A stretch of 44,893 nt of DNA, from the NCBI GenBank assembly GCA_040397585.1, contig JBBAVS010000001.1, forward strand, positions 28,156-73,048, read 5' to 3'. The notes under the pieces were generated by a model, which made no database searches, was not told where the DNA came from, and was given only the letters and a program-made list of their open reading frames with translations. Below, one piece after another: positions 43,330 through 44,893 of this stretch. The translations under genes and the position numbers were made by a program. Origin of the DNA: Pirellulales bacterium (GTDB taxonomy: Bacteria; Planctomycetota; Planctomycetia; Pirellulales; UBA1268). Within the stretch, counting starts at the first letter, position 1. Each line of letters starts with the position of its first letter.

Positions 43330-44893
43330 ATGGTCATGCGACGATCCTTCCACTCGCGTCTGCTGATCGCGATGGTCCTTGTGCCAACGCTGGCCGCAGC
43401 GGCTGAAGACCCGTCGGCCGAGCGCGTGCGCTTCGCGCCGCCGCAGTACCCACCGCGGCTGAAGCGAAGCGAGAGCTTCCTGGGCATGCACTTCGACTTC
43501 CACGCCGGCCCCGACTGCCAGGAGGTGGGCAAGCGCACCACGCGCGAGAGCATCGAGCGGCTGCTCGAGGCCGTGCAGCCCGACTACGTGCAGATCGACT
43601 GCAAGGGGCATTCCGGATTCTCCAGCTATCCCACCCGGGCGGGCACCCCCGCGCCGGGCTTTGTTGGCGATCCGCTGCGGATCTGGCGGGAGGTCACCGC
43701 CGAGAAGGGCGTCGGCCTCTACATGCATTATTCGGGTGTCTGGGACGGCCAGGCCGTGACCCAGCATCCGGAGTGGGCTCGCGTCAACGAGAAGGGGGAA
43801 CGCGACAGCCGCCTGACCTCCGTCTTCGGTCCGTACGTGGACCAGCTCTTGATCCCACAGATGAAGGAGTTGGCGGACACATACGACGTCGATGGCGTAT
43901 GGGTCGACGGCGAGTGTTGGGCCGTCGATCGCGACTACGCCGAGCCCGTCCTGAAGGCCTTCCATGAGCAGACCGGGATTCAGTCGGTTCCCCGCACGCG
44001 AGCAGATCCCGGCTGGTACGAGTTCTCCGAATTCTGCCGCGAGGGATTCCGCCGCTACGTGCGCCGCTATGTCGACGAGGTGCATCGCCACGACAGCGGC
44101 TTTGAGATCGCGAGCAACTGGGCCTTCAGTTCGATGATGCCCGAGAAGGTGACCATCGACGTGGACTTCATCTCCGGAGACTATACGCCGACCAATAGTC
44201 TCAATAGCGCCCGCGTCGAAGGCCGCTGCATGGCGCTTCAGGGGAAACCCTGGGACCTTATGGCCTGGAGCTTCAGCCACCTCGACGGCCTCTTCAGCAC
44301 CAAGACCGCCCAGCAACTCGAGCAGGAAGCGGCGGTCGTGATGGCACTGGGCGGCGGCTTCCAGGCGTATTTTCCGCAGCGTCGCGACGGCTCCGTGCGC
44401 GAGTGGCAGTTCCCCGTCATGGCCGAGGTGGCACGCTTCTGCCGCGAGCGGCAGCCCTTCTGCCACCGGGCCGCACCCATCCCACAGATCGGCCTGATCT
44501 ATTCCACGGGAGCGTTCTATCGCACGAATCAGATGCTCTTTGCCACCTGGGGCGGCGAGCTCGTGCCCCTGCAGGGCCTGCTCCAGTCGCTGCTCGACAG
44601 CCAGCACGTGGTGGATGTCGTGAGCGAGCATCACCTCACCGAGGGCATCAACCGCTACCCGCTCCTCGTCTATCCGGAGTGGGAGACGATCGAGCCCGCC
44701 TTCAAGCAGACGCTCGTGGACTATGTGAGGCAGGGAGGATCACTCCTGGTCGTCGGCCCGCGGACCGCCGCCCTGTTCCAGGAGGAACTGGACGTGACGT
44801 TCGAGGGAGCTCCGGCCGTGCAGGTGAGCGGCCTGGAGTTCGGCGGACACGTGGCCGGCATCCAGTCACTCTTTCAGAAGGCGACCCTGGGCT
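43330..44893 (+). CDS. Secreted glycoside hydrolase, GH151/GHL6 alpha-L-fucosidase-like (3'-partial)
   Basis: Not in the ORF track because it runs off the window. Hand translation: MVMRRSFHSRLLIAMVLVPTLAAAA...LGMHFDFHAG...DYVQIDCKGHSG.SSYPT...YDVDGVWVDGECW. Start at 43330 or 43336. Confidence 0.72.
   Translation, partial: MVMRRSFHSRLLIAMVLVPTLAAAAEDPSAERVRFAPPQYPPRLKRSESFLGMHFDFHAGPDCQEVGKRTTRESIERLLEAVQPDYVQIDCKGHSGFSSYPTRAGTPAPGFVGDPLRIWREVTAEKGVGLYMHYSGVWDGQAVTQHPEWARVNEKGERDSRLTSVFGPYVDQLLIPQMKELADTYDVDGVWVDGECWAVDRDYAEPVLKAFHEQTGIQSVPRTRADPGWYEFSEFCREGFRRYVRRYVDEVHRHDSGFEIASNWAFSSMMPEKVTIDVDFISGDYTPTNSLNSARVEGRCMALQGKPWDLMAWSFSHLDGLFSTKTAQQLEQEAAVVMALGGGFQAYFPQRRDGSVREWQFPVMAEVARFCRERQPFCHRAAPIPQIGLIYSTGAFYRTNQMLFATWGGELVPLQGLLQSLLDSQHVVDVVSEHHLTEGINRYPLLVYPEWETIEPAFKQTLVDYVRQGGSLLVVGPRTAALFQEELDVTFEGAPAVQVSGLEFGGHVAGIQSLFQKATLG

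Overview
GC-rich bacterial window. The DUF1501/DUF1549-DUF1553/WD40-cytochrome cluster and the multi-domain heme proteins point to a planctomycete (inferred from gene families, no database search). Content in order: (1) a two-gene operon bracketed by REP doublets, encoding an acidic amino acid DAACS symporter and a signal-peptide-bearing glutamate racemase-gamma-glutamyltransferase fusion, the best candidate here for an undescribed system; (2) an AT-richer membrane-anchored LRR-like gene beside an IS91-like remnant; (3) a 1299-aa heme c/propeller/azurin/TIM-barrel protein divergent from a PAS-AraC regulator; (4) a scarred region with a PhyH 3' remnant, a cyclase, an IS3 remnant and a GGDEF fragment; (5) a seven-gene sugar-acid catabolic operon divergent from an AraC gene and containing a LeuB; (6) the four-gene DUF1501 module; (7) a TIM-barrel/Gfo-Idh-MocA/PhyH/two secreted GH-like gene run; (8) a branched palindromic element and a GH151-like glycosidase gene that runs off the window. 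No rRNA, tRNA or CRISPR array was recognised. All product calls come from motif recognition by eye.
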